64,000 nucleotides of DNA, from assembly GCA_951406725.2 (NCBI GenBank), contig OX597817.1:77128001-77192000 (forward strand). The letters run 5' to 3'. How positions within the stretch are numbered: position 1 is the first letter of the stretch; each line of letters opens with the position of its first letter. This document shows positions 12,417-25,741 of this stretch, piece after piece. The stretch is from Octopus vulgaris. Its lineage: Eukaryota. Under the pieces are notes generated by a model, which worked only from the letters and a program-made list of their open reading frames with translations, was not told where the DNA came from and did no database searches. Made by a program: the position numbers and the translations under genes.

Positions 12417-13383
12417 ATTTAAGGAAAATAAAGTGCAGCAGCAGCAGTAGTAGTTAGTGGAGGCGGTGGTGGATGCTACCACAACCCACTGCTATATTAC
12501 CACTACTAACAGCAGAATCAGCAGCAACAATAACAACAACAGTAGCAACAATCTTACAGCAACCATATAACATTTCTAATTAATGAATAGGAAAAAAAAG
12601 AGGTTGACAAATAAACAAATGAAATAAAAAAATTAATAAATAACTACATGTTATATGGTGCATATTGCTACCACATAACATAAAACATAAAATGTATATA
12701 AACAAATATATATACAGCAAGCAATATTACTGACATGTTAAACAATGTCATTTTTGTATATTCAATATTTATCTTTCTGCCCATGTAATTCTATCGCCTA
12801 CACTTGTATGTTGTCAGTTTTCATGTTACATTTTACAAGACATGCACACGAACACACACACATATACACACACACAGAATTTCCTGATTCTCTCTTATAC
12901 TCATTTTGTATTTTGAGACACTCTGATACCTTGCCACCACCATCCTTGTCTTCTTTCCAGCTATTCTCACCCACCTTTGAATAATGCTGAGTAGCCATTT
13001 ATCCTCTCTACAGCAAGACACCTGTGCCTGTTCTTCTATAGCTAGCACAAATCAATGCTGGCTATAATTTCTTTAGAAACATCTGTAGAGACAACCGTAA
13101 CAAGTATTATCCTCAATAGCACTGCTAACACAGAAGTGCAAAGTATTAACTTATAAAGTGTTTAATGTACTTTGTAGTATATTGGGGTTGCATAAATAAA
13201 TACGATGTCCCTACAAGTAATTAATATTCCTCTATCATACTTTGGCCTCTTAAAATGAGGCATAAAGTGCCCCCACTCCACAATCTCTACTACAACTCTA
13301 CTCAGTTGAAGGGCCATTTTGCTTTGTCTTATGAATTACTTGGTAGCCAGACTAGTGCTGGTATCAGGGAAAAGTACTCATAG

Positions 13384-13790
13384 GGGCAGTCATGGGTGTG
13401 TGTTAAAATGCCTCCTTCCCAACCGCATTGTTCAGGGTTCAGTCCCATTGCATGACACCTTGGCCAAGTGCCTTCCACTATAGCCTCGGGCTGACCATAG
13501 CTTTGTTAGTGGATTTCGTAGACAATCTGAAAGAAGCCTGTCTTGTGTGTGTCTGCGAACCTTCATGCGTATGTTTGTCCCTCACTACTTCTTGAAAACT
13601 GGTATTGGTGTATTTACATCCTTGTAGCTTAGTGGTTTGGTTTGGTAAACATTTCCAGTCACAGGGAAATATCACCTTGTTTGGAAACAGGTGAAGGTTG
13701 GTGACTATGAGAGCATTCCATCATAGAAAATCAGTTTTGAAAATTCCATCTGATTCATGACAGTATAGAAAGGTACAATTAAAAATTATT
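13384..13790 (+). mobile_element. SINE family B-related copy with alternative 3' end
   Basis: GGGTTCAGTCCC, GACACCTTGGCCAAGTG, GTGGATTTCGTAGAC, TTGGAAACAGGTGAAGGTTGG. Confidence 0.75.
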
Positions 13791-13895
13791 ATATAAATGT
13801 ATAATGTACTGTTCCATGATGGGCAAGATCAACAAAAAAGTACCCCGTCTGGTGAGAAATAAATATTATTTAATTAGACACAATACATGTTTTTC

Positions 13896-13952
13896 TGTGC
13901 TACTAATAGTTTCATATGTTGAGAAATACCTCAAACATATTCATCAGGCACA
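13896..13952 (-). ncRNA. Minimal type I hammerhead ribozyme motif, fully canonical core
   Basis: Minus strand: TGTGC-CTGATGA-ATATGTTTGAG gtattt CTCAACATAT-GAAA-CTATTAG-TA-GCACA; predicted cut between 13901 and 13900; sits in an element (~13820-13965) homologous to 55070-55170. Confidence 0.82.
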
Positions 13953-14299
13953 AACCACATATAATGATTATATATAATCACTTTTACATAAGGAAGACAG
14001 ATTAGGATATATAAACAGATAGGCAGATAAATAGATGGATAGATAGATAGATAGATAGATAGATAGACAGATAGACAGGCAGAAGGTGGGTTTGGGGGAG
14101 GCATTTGAGGCTCACACACCAGTCATGTTGGAAATATTCGGTGATGACTTACCCAGCTGAGGCAGCTATGCTAAGCTAAGCTAGCAAACTAAGCTATGCG
14201 TCACCAACTAACCTGTCACTCAGGTGCAATGGAAGACTGCACTCTGAGTAAAGAATGACACCTTTTGACACTGGTGATTAACCTGTGGTAGCAGTGGGA

Positions 14300-15100
14300 G
14301 GATGTTCGTTGTTGTTGTTCTAGTTGTTGTTGTGGTGGTGGTGGTGGTGGTGGTAGGGAGGGTTGTCATTGTTGTTGTTGTGGTGGTGGTGGTAGTGATG
14401 GTGGTGGTGATGGTGGGAATTGTTGCAGTAAGTGATGGTGATGTAGGGGATTATTGTAATAGCAATATCATAGGATTGTCTTTGCAGCAGTGGTGGTCAC
14501 TGTAATGGAGGTGGTGATCAGTGTGGTAGCAGTGAAGGGCATTTAGAGAGAGGGACGTGATGACAGTGACTATGTTAATGGTAGTAGGGAGGGGGGGTCC
14601 ATATGAAGGTGGAGAGGAATCATGGGAGCAGATGTGATTGTGGCCGATAAAAGTGGTTGTGCTTTAAACATACTGGTAAACATGGTGGTTATGGATGGAG
14701 TGGTAGCTGTTGGAAAGTCACTGTTGGGGATGATGATGATGATGATGATTGGGGAGAATGCAGTGGTGATTATAAGAGTAATGTATATATTTACAATGGC
14801 AATACTAGCAGATCTGATAGCCAATGTTTGTGATGGTAGCGGTGAGGGTGGTGACAGGAAAATGGTGATGGCAAAGGTGGTGGTGATGGTGGTGGTGATG
14901 ATGGTAGTAGTTGTGATGGTGGTGGTGATGATGGTGATGGTGGCACTGGTGTTGATTACAATGATGATGATGGTGATAACGATGATGATGATGATGATGA
15001 TGATGACAGTGATGACAATGATGATGATACTGATGAGAAAGAAGGCAGTCATGGCGATGGTAGAGGTGAAGAAGTATTGAGTCATGATGGTAGTGGTGGG
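14300..15100. repeat. Degenerate (GTG/GAT/GTT)n low-complexity tract; similar at 36880-37260, 38420-39090, 50330-50520, 58800-59320
   Basis: Directly visible; source of poly-V/M/H/T ORFs. Confidence 0.92.
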
Positions 15101-15940
15101 AGGCGAGCCGGAACGGAATACCAGGTAAGATGTTTGCGAATGGAAAAGACAGAGAAACAAGGAAAAAAGGAGAAAGAAAGATATAAGGGGACGAGAGAGA
15201 GAGAGTGAGAGAGAGTGTGTGTCTTTGTATTTATGTGTATGTATGAATGTGTGCCATTATGTTATGGCACTTGCGACTATTTGAAGAAAAACAAACATCC
15301 CCTTTTAATAGCCTACCTTCTATGTCCTGCCCCAGAGTGCTATGGACCACCCACCTTCCTAGGTGTCTCTTAGTTAGCTCAATAGTGTCCCCCTCTTCAC
15401 CTGCTTTCAGCTTCCCTGGCTCCCGGGGGTCACCTCACTACCATCACTTCCACCGCCACTGTCACTGCCACTACCACTTCCATCTCTGACAATACTCTAG
15501 AAGCAACTGAGCTGGAGAGTGGAATGGGGAGGGGTAGCAGAACAAGGCAACAGGGGGAGAGCAACGGCACCTCTCTAAAATATTGGGACCTCTATGATGA
15601 TGATCATCATCACCATCACTATTTTCCACCAGCACCATCACCACCACCACAATCATCATCCTCATCGTTGTCGTAGTAATCATAATTTTTTAACTAATAA
15701 CCAGTACACCAATGGCTCCACTGCTTCTGTCTCAACTAGATGTCCTCCACCAACAACAATGCTGCTAGTACCAGCCCCCAGCACTAGCTCCTGCAATCAC
15801 CAGGTGCCACAACAACCACCCCTATCCTTTGGTGCTAAATTTGTTAATGCCATAACCATCACAAACACCACCAGTAGTACTAGCACCCAAACAGCAAAAA
15901 CCAGCTTTACTGTCCCAATCATATCTGCCAGAAGATAGAT

Positions 15941-15975
<35 letters not shown>

Positions 15976-16510
15976 GAAAGATAGTGTGTGAGAGAGAGGA
16001 TGAAATATCATGTTAGAAAAAGAAAGTGAGGGAGAGAGAAAAAGAGAGAGAGGGAGAGTGGGGAGTGCAGAGAAGAAGTGACAGAGCAAACAACCTGATG
16101 ACAAAGTATGCTGCCACCCCGTCCCCATCCTTCAGACCTAACCCATCTCAAGCAATCTGCAGAGGAAGTGCAGATATGAGAACATGCCTGGAGGTGGTGG
16201 GAATATTGCCTGGAGGTGGTGGTGGGGGGGGGGAGTATTGGAATAATGTAACCGGCGGGGAGTGTTAGAGAGGTACAGTAACTGATCGTGTCGTTAGAAA
16301 TTATTGCAAGAATTTTGTCAGTTTGTTGATATTTTCAAAGTGAAAATATAGTATAAAATAAGATATAGTAAAAAAAATAAAAGATAAATAAAAATGAAGC
16401 AAGAGAAACATGAAATGAAATAGAAACGCAAAATGTAAAACAAAATAAAATAAAATGCAACAAGGTGAGTGATTACAGAACTGAACAGCTATGTTGAGAG
16501 AGGGGAAAAG

Positions 16511-16549
<39 letters not shown>

Positions 16550-17230
16550 GACAGAGAGAAAGAACCTTCTAGAAAGATTTTTTAAAAAAAAAGGAAAATA
16601 TAAGCAAACAAATGCTAAAATGTAAAATGCTTGATAACCTATTTACAAATGTGAATTTTGTCTGAAATTTAAAAATAAAAATTGGTAAAAAAAAAAAAAA
16701 ATAGACAAATAAAAAAAATACGGAACAGAAGGAGAATTCTTAAGCAGTTATCAAATTGTGAGACGCTCTATCTATCATCCATATGCATCATACATTAAAA
16801 GGAAACAGAAACAGATAAATTATGGTAGCAATGTTATCATTATTATCGTGATAGAATTGGCACCTGAGAGTATGATTCAGTGAGTTTTCCTTTTGTTGGC
16901 ATAGAAAGCATAGAATAAGGCAGAAGCCTCAGTTACAAGCACTTCACACATATCTATATATATACATCTGTGTGTGTGTATGTATGTGTGAAATTATAAT
17001 ATATATATATATGTATGTATATATACGCACATAGAAAAACATATATAGAGAGAGCATAAAGTCACACAAACACATATATGTGCTTAAGGCATGATATATG
17101 GATTCAAATAATCCGTTAGAACTCATAAAAAGATTCCTTAGTTTGTCCTTGTACAAACCATATAGAGTATACAGTAATATACATGAGAAAAGAACAATGA
17201 GACTATAAAGATATGTGTGTGTGTGTATAC

Positions 17231-17299
<69 letters not shown>

Positions 17300-17310
17300 T
17301 ATATATATCT

Positions 17311-17523
17311 CTTTTTCTCTTTTACTTGTTTCAGTCATTTGACTGCGGCCTTGCTGGAGCACCGCCTTTAGTCGAGCAAATCGACCTCGGGACTTATTCT
17401 TTGTAAGCCCAGTACTTATTCTATCGGTCTCTTTTGCCGAACCGCTAAGTGACGGGGACGTAAACACACCAGCATCGGTTGTCAAACAATGCTAGTGGGA
17501 CAAACACAGACACCCAAACACAT

Positions 17524-17558
<35 letters not shown>

Positions 17559-17723
17559 CATATATACGACAGGCTTCTTTCAGTTTCCGTCTACCACTCA
17601 CAAGGCATTGGTCGGCCCGGGGCTATAGCAGAAGACACTTGCCCAAGGTGCCACGCAGTGGGACTGAACCCGGAACCATGTGGTTGGTTAGCAAACTACT
17701 TACCACACAGCCACTCCTGCGCC
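17311..17723 (-). mobile_element. SINE family B, young CpG-retaining copy
   Basis: Minus head GGCGCAGGAGTGGCTGTGTGGTAAGTAG...CCGGGTTCAGTCCCACTGCGTGGCACCTTGGGCAAGTG; complete 3' part. Confidence 0.92.
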
Positions 17724-17767
<44 letters not shown>

Positions 17768-18119
17768 CATGCATATATGGGTACAGGACATCACCAATGG
17801 TTCAAACAACAAGAAATATATAAATAAATGAGTTAAATATGTAAAGAACAAGAAAAAAAATGGAGAATAGGACAAGTAAACACAGAGAAAGGACCCTTCA
17901 TCAGTTGTCAGCTGTCTATCTACTCCTCATTTTGAGCATTGTATCTGTGTGACACACACACACACATATATACACACACACACACATATATATATACCTA
18001 TATATAAATATATATACACACAAACATAAATATGTATATACATGCATATAATGATACATACATACATACAAACATATATACATACGTATTCACACATAAA
18101 TAGATATACACACACACAC

Positions 18120-18690
18120 ATCATCATCATCATCTTCATTCTTCGACATCCACTTTTCTGTGCTTACATGAATCAGATGAGAATACATTCAAGGGGAGAG
18201 TTCTCTACAGAGAGCTGGCTGCCTCTCCTGATGCCAAAGCCATCTGTCTATTGAACAACGAATGGCCTGGACATGTTTACGTAAAGAACTGGAAACAAAT
18301 GCAGCCATATAAAAACGAGCAATTTTGTTTACAAAGATTGCATAACACATCCAGACAGGACAGGAAGTCCAGTCATGCTATTGCAGTGGACTGCAAGCCA
18401 ACAGCAGCAGCATCAAGGCCGTTCTTAGCAATCAGCAAACATATACGAAGACAAGGGAAATACAAACTCACACAAACGCATACACACAAGCACACACACG
18501 CACATGCACACACACACACATTACGATGTTTTTCTGGTATCTGTTCACCAAATCCATTTACAAGGCTTTTCGTCAGCTTAGGGATCATAGCAGAAAACAC
18601 CTGCCCAAGGTGCTATGCAGTGGAATTGAAACCAAAACCACACAGTTGTAAAACAAACTTTTTAACCATACAGCCATGTCTCTGCATGCA
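18120..18690 (-). mobile_element. Old SINE B-related copy
   Basis: CAAATCCATTTACAAGGC, CCTGCCCAAGGTGC, AACCATACAGCCATG, (CAT)n at the left end. Confidence 0.65.
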
Positions 18691-18706
18691 TATATGTGTG
18701 TGTGTG

Positions 18707-18743
<37 letters not shown>

Positions 18744-18745
<2 letters not shown>

Positions 18746-18898
18746 TCCACCAAGCCCGTCCAACGAATGGGAACGTAAAACTCTGAGTAACAGTTTTTGT
18801 GATATCTTTGCAGCTTTATTAATAATGCATATTACTCTACCTCCTGTATTCGAGTACTATTTTTTCCACATTATTTCACATTTATGCGCTTACTCTAG

Positions 18899-18900
<2 letters not shown>
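18744..18900 (+). mobile_element. Third copy of the 4357 HHR-bearing element, decayed core
   Basis: CCGT-CCAACGA-ATGGGAACGT-AAAA-CTCTGAG-TA-ACAG, then GCATATTACTCTACC; inside (TA)n. Confidence 0.7.
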
Positions 18901-18948
<48 letters not shown>

Positions 18949-19789
18949 TATATATATATACACACACACGTCTTTACATCCCTGTTACTTAGCAGTTCAT
19001 TAGAAGAGACTGATAGAATAAGTACCAACCCTTAAAAATAGAAAAAAGTACTGAGGCTGATTCATTTGAGAAAAGTTCCTCAATGTCGTACCTCGGCATG
19101 GCTGCAGTCAAAGAACTGAAACAAGTAAAAATACACACACGCATATATATATACATATATATACATGCATGTATTCAAAGAAACCCTGTCTATGAATGCC
19201 ACTGTCAACTCAACATTCAGTTCATATTCTCTTCTGCCAGTCCATTCATGCTAACATACAGAATACGACCAAGAAACATATACATATATAAAATATAAAT
19301 ATAAATATATGTATGTATGTACAGATGCATGCATTCATGCATATATGTATGTACGTACACTCAGCAAGGAAATTCAACACAGCTATATTTGTATCAAAGA
19401 AAAGCAGTGGAATAAAAACAAAAATTTTAAAAAAAAATATTTTAATGTGTTTTAAAAATAGTAAAAAAAAGGTCAAGTATTTATATCCTATAGCATGTAA
19501 TTTGGAAATATAAGTTTATTTTTAATTTTAATTCTTTATAATTTTTAATTAGTTGTCTTTTATTGTGAGGGGTATTTTTTCTTTTCTTTCTTCCTTTATT
19601 TTTTGTCTTGCCTATCCTAGCAACACGCAGCAATCAACAAACAGAAATACATACTCCCTACAGACACATACACACATGAATCTGTGAACAGATGTCATTT
19701 ATAGTGTCACTCACAAACTTATCTTTCTGTCTGTCCATCTTTCTATCTATCTGTCTCTCTGTCTGTCTATCTGTCTGTCTCTCTTTCTC

Positions 19790-19881
<92 letters not shown>

Positions 19882-20148
19882 CAATTTGAAAACAGGATAA
19901 AATCTTTATAAGAAATTATCAAGTAGTTAGCATGAAAAACCTCATAAGGGAAACACTTTATTAATTTTTCCCTTTAAATATATTTATTTATATTAAGGGC
20001 ATTACTATACATAAATGCCTCATGCTAGGAGGGACTCTTAAAGTCAAAACTACAATAATAAACACATTGTACTGAACTCAAGGGAATACAACTCTCAAAG
20101 CGAGCCTTTTAAAAGCAGATTCAACTGCAGATCATATGATTTCATAAT

Positions 20149-20195
<47 letters not shown>

Positions 20196-20259
20196 ACAAA
20201 TATGCTGAGAAATGGTTTATGACAGACTGTATCATCAAGGTGTGTGTGTGTGCTTCATA

Positions 20260-20630
20260 ATCATCATTGTTTAATGTCAGTCTTCGATGCTGTCATGGGT
20301 GGGATGGTTTGACAGGATCCAACAAGCTAAAGGAGTGTATTAGGCTCCAGTATACATGTATCATCATTTAACTTCTGCTTTCCATGCTGGCATGGGTTGG
20401 AAGGTTTGACTGAGGTGTAGCAAGCTAGTTGGCTGTACAGGGCTCCAATCTGAACTGGCAAGGTTTCTACAGTGGGTGCCCTTCCAAATGCCAACAACTC
20501 CAAGAGTGTATGTAGTGGCCGCTTTTTACATACCACTGGCACAGGAGCCATTCAGGGGGCACTGGCATCGACAACGTTCGGATGGCGCCTTTTATGTGCC
20601 ATGGGGATGGGAACCAGTCAAGGGGTACTG
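20260..20630 (-). mobile_element. SINE-like family C fragments
   Basis: TTTCCATGCTGGCATGGGTTGG, GCCCTTCCAAATGCCAAC, TTTTATGTGCCA. Confidence 0.75.
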
Positions 20631-20696
20631 GCATATATATATGTATATATATGTGTGTGTGTGTACATATATATATATATATATATATGTATATAT

Positions 20697-20928
20697 GTTT
20701 AATGTTTGTTTTCATGTTATAAGAAAAATGGTTTTACATTAGATTGAAGGATCACTCAATACATAAGGTAGAGTACAAACAAATTTATTATTCTTTATCA
20801 AAAATACTATTAACAGTGACTTCGAAGCTTTAGTCAGCTAAGCCATCATTGGACAGCCTGATGATTCCTGAGCTGGCCAAAACTTTAATGTCACAATGAT
20901 TGCTATTTTCGTTAAAGTATAATGAATA
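20697..20928. mobile_element. Short element with two head-to-head HHR remnants
   Basis: Inside (TA)n; left half homologous to 27115-27269; + strand CTGATGA at 20858-20864 followed by CCAAAA-CTTTAATG-TC; the two halves are diverged reverse complements. Confidence 0.65.
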
Positions 20929-21563
20929 TATATATAGAGAAAGAGACATAACATATATATGCATGCACATACATACGTACATAAGTACATATGTACGTAC
21001 ATACATACGTACATACATACATACATACATACATACAAACTTCATTTTGCTTCCATTTGAACATAGTTTTGTTTGTTGTTTAAATTTATCTGAAAAGTTA
21101 TAACACCAAATCCTTTTCACTGCAAAACAACAACAACAAACACCACTCTAGCCTTGGAATTTAAAGAAATGACGATTGTGAAACAGTCACATGCTAAACT
21201 TCAGAAAATGCTTGTATATTTTCACTGTCTGGCTTACAAATTGTGTTTGAATAGCACAAATATTTATCGTATCTACATTCCCCAGTACCTTCATTTATGA
21301 GTGTGTAAGTCTGCCAACATAATTTAAAATTTTTTTGTTTGTTTGTTTGTTTGTTTCTTCCTTTCTTTATTTATTTATTGGTGTCACAAGCAAAATCACT
21401 TAAAGCATATGCATTGTCCATGTGATATTGTAATTGTTTTTATAATTTGTTCCAGAACAATCCAGGGAAATTTCATCATCACTGGTATAGATCAGTAAAT
21501 GACCACATGAAATTCTCAGTCCTTCAACCATTTTGTAACTTTTTCCAATTATTAATAAAAAAC

Positions 21564-21598
<35 letters not shown>

Positions 21599-21616
21599 TG
21601 TATGTATGTATGTATG

Positions 21617-21660
<44 letters not shown>

Positions 21661-21818
21661 TACATACAAATATATATACATGTTTCATTCCATAATAGCT
21701 ACCTCTTAAGAGTGCAGGGTTACATAATCAGATTGCTACCTAACACTCTGTTGAACTCCTAGTGCAAAACCAAATGGTAATATCAGCCGTAATGGATATA
21801 TAATACTGTACACTTCAA

Positions 21819-21863
<45 letters not shown>

Positions 21864-22576
21864 CACAAACACTCATGTTTTGAGTTGTATTATCTTGTCA
21901 TTAACACTTATCCTATCATTTGCATGTATGAATTTATCTATGTCCTAGTTTTATTCTTGAAATTACTTATAAAGAGCAGGAGCTGATTTCTGATCCCAAA
22001 AAAGGTAATTTTCATTGGAATTTTGACAGTATTAACCGGGTAGTCTAGTATGTATATTTGGATATATATATATGTAAATATATGCATGTACTTCTATATG
22101 TATGTATATGTATTTAAGCATGTATGTTTAAGCATGTAAATGCACGTGGCCTAGTAATTTGGGAGTTGCACTCATGATTGAGAGATCATGCATTGTGTTC
22201 TTGAGCAAAACACTTCATTTCATGTTGCTCTGCGATCATTTCAATATTGGATATATGAGGCAAAATCATTCACATGGAGAGAGTGAGCACATATTTTCGT
22301 TCACTATAAACAAATCCTTTGTGCAGGTCTTTCAGGAAACACTGGACACTCGTATGTCATCTTTAACGGAACAGTCCATTATGTTTGTATCAACATGCAT
22401 GTATATGAGTGCATTCGGATGTTTGCATTTGCAACTTTGAGGCTAAGATTCTTTCTTTGCAACCATGGAGCTGGGGTTCAAATTCAGTCCTAATGTACAG
22501 CCCCTTGGACAAATGTCTTCTACTACAGCTCAGGGCTCACCAAAGCCTTGTAAGTGGATTTAGTCGAAGGAAACTG

Positions 22577-22835
22577 GAGATGCATGGCTTAGCGGTTAGG
22601 GTGTTGGACTAATGATCGGAAGATTGTAGTTTCGATTCCAGGACCAGGTGGCACATTGTGTTCTTGTGCCAAAACACTTTATTTCATCTTACTCCAGTCC
22701 ACTCAGCCGGCAAAAATGAGCAAACTTGTGACGGACCAGCATCCCATCCAGGTAGGGAATTAATATGCCATGAAACTGGGAAACCAGTCCTTATGAGTCA
22801 GTATGACTTGAAAAGGCAACTTTACTTCTTTACCA
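22577..22835 (+). mobile_element. SINE family D (tRNA-like head, TGTGTTCTTG..CAAAACACTT segment) nested in a family B copy (~22430-23130)
   Basis: GCATGGCTTAGCGGTTAGG A-box-like, GTTTCGATTCC B-box-like; family B sequence on both sides. Confidence 0.75.
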
Positions 22836-23777
22836 TTGTATATATGTGTGTGTGTGTGTTTGTATGTGTGTTTTATTATGTACACGTACATGTATGTGTT
22901 TATGTGTGCCTTTGTCTAAACATGACATGATTGTTGTAAATGAGTGTCACTGTTACATAAGTGATGTTGTTTGTTTCTAGTCTTCTATCGATAAAACATG
23001 TCTAGCTACGGAAAAAATTTTACCCTGCTTGGAAACAGTTGAGAGTTGACAGCTACCTGTAGCAAAATCTGCTTCAGTGAATTCCATTTGACACATGCAA
23101 GCATGAAAAATTATGCCTAAAACAAAAATGATTGTGTGAGTGTATGTATGTGTGTATGGAGGTGGGGAGTTTCATTAATGAATTTCAGCAAAATGTTCTA
23201 AGTACCGTAGGTCAGCACTTTTAATAATATTTGTTATAAAATGCAGTTTGAGTGTGAGTGGGGATGATGTCGAAAGTAGTAGATTTTAGTAGTGATGATG
23301 TTGATGAGGAAGAGGAAGAGGAGAAGGGTAAGGTGTAGGTGGATGATGATACAAAATATAAAAATAAATATATAAAACAACAAACAAAAGGTAAAAAAGA
23401 AAACATCAGTGACGCGTTGAGGGCACTTGTGGGTGGAGAAAATGTTTGCTATGAGTAGTAGTGGCTATATGTCGCCATTTTGGTCTCTATTTTTTTTTTT
23501 GTTTATTTTTAGCTATTAGCAGACAAGGTGATGGTAGGAGGTGGCACTAATCAGGAGAAGGAGGTGGGAAGCTGTAAAAGAGCGTGCCTAAAGTGGAATG
23601 GGAACTGAGCACTCAACAATGGCTCCAGACAGAAAAATGAAACCTCAAACTCGAAAGCAACCAACAATGTTTGCAAAACAAGGTCAAGTTATCTTACCAA
23701 TAAACATCACTTCAGAATAGAAACAGAGCATATATTTAAGGATAAAAAAATTATCATTATTATAATTATTATTATTA

Positions 23778-24010
23778 AGGTGGTGAACTGGCAGAATTGT
23801 TAGCATGCTGGGTGAAATGTTTGGCAGTATTTTGCCTGTTTTTACATTCTGAGTTCAAAATCCACTGGTATTTGACTTCAGCTTTCATCCTTTCGGGATC
23901 GATAAATTAAGTACAAATGAAACACTGGGGTTGATGTAGTTAACTAGTCCTCTCCCACAGAAATTTCAAGCCTTCTGCCTTTAGTAGGAAAGATTATTAT
24001 TGTTATTATT
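23778..24010 (+). mobile_element. SINE family A
   Basis: GGTGGTGAACTGGCAGAA head, GCTTTCATCCTTTCGGGATCGATAAATTAAGTAC; in (ATT)n. Confidence 0.85.
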
Positions 24011-24040
24011 ATCAATAGAGAAAGGATTGAGGTAAGTCCT

Positions 24041-24092
<52 letters not shown>

Positions 24093-24465
24093 GATATATT
24101 CCTGTATGTTATATTTTAATAATTACTGGTATCATTATATATTAATATATTTTATATGTAAAGCATAATATGTTATACATGTATGTATATTCTTGTAATT
24201 GTCATTTTAGTAAATAAATAAATAAGTTGACATAATATAATGTCTAAAAGTTGATGAACCACCTATTGATCCCCTCCATTTTCTTATTGCTCTATGTCTC
24301 TGTATCATCATCATCCTCCTCCTCCTCATCATCATCATCGTTTAACGTCTGCTTTCCATGCTAGCATGGGTTGGACGATTTGACTAAGGTCTGGCAAACC
24401 AGATGGCTGCACCAGACTCCAATCTGATCTGGCAGAGTTTCTACAGCTATCTATCTATCTATCTA

Positions 24466-24515
<50 letters not shown>

Positions 24516-25269
24516 CAATTGGGACAAGAACACAAAACATCCAAATAGACGATACAAAAAACATGGACGGGTCAGTCAAAGCCTTTAATCTTCAGTCAAG
24601 AACCAGATCATCCTCGCAATTTCGGCTGATAGCGGTGTACGTACACTTTTGCTCTCTTATATACACACACACACATATTTATATATAATACGCATACATA
24701 GAAATACACACACACACACACGATTCATAAGCTATACTACGTAGTAATGTCCTGCGAGATGATTTTTTTTTCCATATGAAATTATAGGAAGAAAAGAAAA
24801 AATCACCAAAAGATGAAGACAAAGAGGAAGATGATGAAAAGCAAAAAAAAACAAACAAAGGAAAAAAAATAAATAAATAAAACAAAAAAAAACAAAACAA
24901 ACAAACAACTACAAACTAACAAAATTATTCCCAAATAACGACAACAACGAGTCTAGAGTCGAAACTAATATTATGACTTTGTCCCGATGCCAAGAAAAAG
25001 TCACAGAAACGCAACACTAGTGTCGGAGTTTTACTGATTTTGACACTAAAACCTCAAGATATTTTACAACTATCTCTTGTCTGATTATAAACAGCAATAA
25101 GTCATTCTCAAGTTTCCTTTTGGTGAGGAGGTGGGACAAAGATATTTGAGAGTGTGTGTACATTGTTTAATGTTGTTATGCCGGTCACTCGCTATTTGCT
25201 CTTCTGTTTGCACATAATGCTGTTATTCTCATTGCTGTTGTCATCATCATCATCATCATCGTTATCAAG

Positions 25270-25705
25270 ATACTGTCAAGGTCAACTCTGCCTTTCATCC
25301 TTTCAGGGTTATTAAAATAAAGTATCAGTTTAGTAAATACTGCGGTCAGTCTAGTATTGAATAATCCCAACCCCTAAACTTGCTGGCCTTGTGCCAAAAT
25401 TAGTTACCATTATTATTATTGTGGAGGCGCAATGGCCCAGTGGTTAGGGCAGCGGACTTGCGGTCAGAGGATTGCGGTTTCAATTCCCAGACTGGGCGTT
25501 GTATGTGTTTATTGAGCAAAAACATCTAAAAGCTCCACGAGACTCCGGCAGGTGGGGGGGTGACCCCTGTTGTACTCTTTTGCCACAACTTTCTCTCACT
25601 CTCTCTTCCTATTTCCTATTCAGCTGGGGGGAACACATACGCCACAGAAACCAGGAAACTAGGCCCATGAGCCTGGCTAGGCTTGAAAAATGTGATGTTT
25701 ATTGC

Positions 25706-25741
<36 letters not shown>

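Noticed and set aside
14230-14250. TGGAAGACT match to the miR-7 5' end
   Set aside because: Only 9 nt match, and it lies mostly in the loop of a short hairpin
14570-15160. Poly-M/V/T/I ORFs, also at 36.9-37.3 kb and 38.4-39.2 kb
   Set aside because: Trinucleotide low-complexity DNA with no domain signal
17650-17723. tRNA genes at A/B-box sites
   Set aside because: These are SINE heads continuing into SINE bodies, without a convincing cloverleaf
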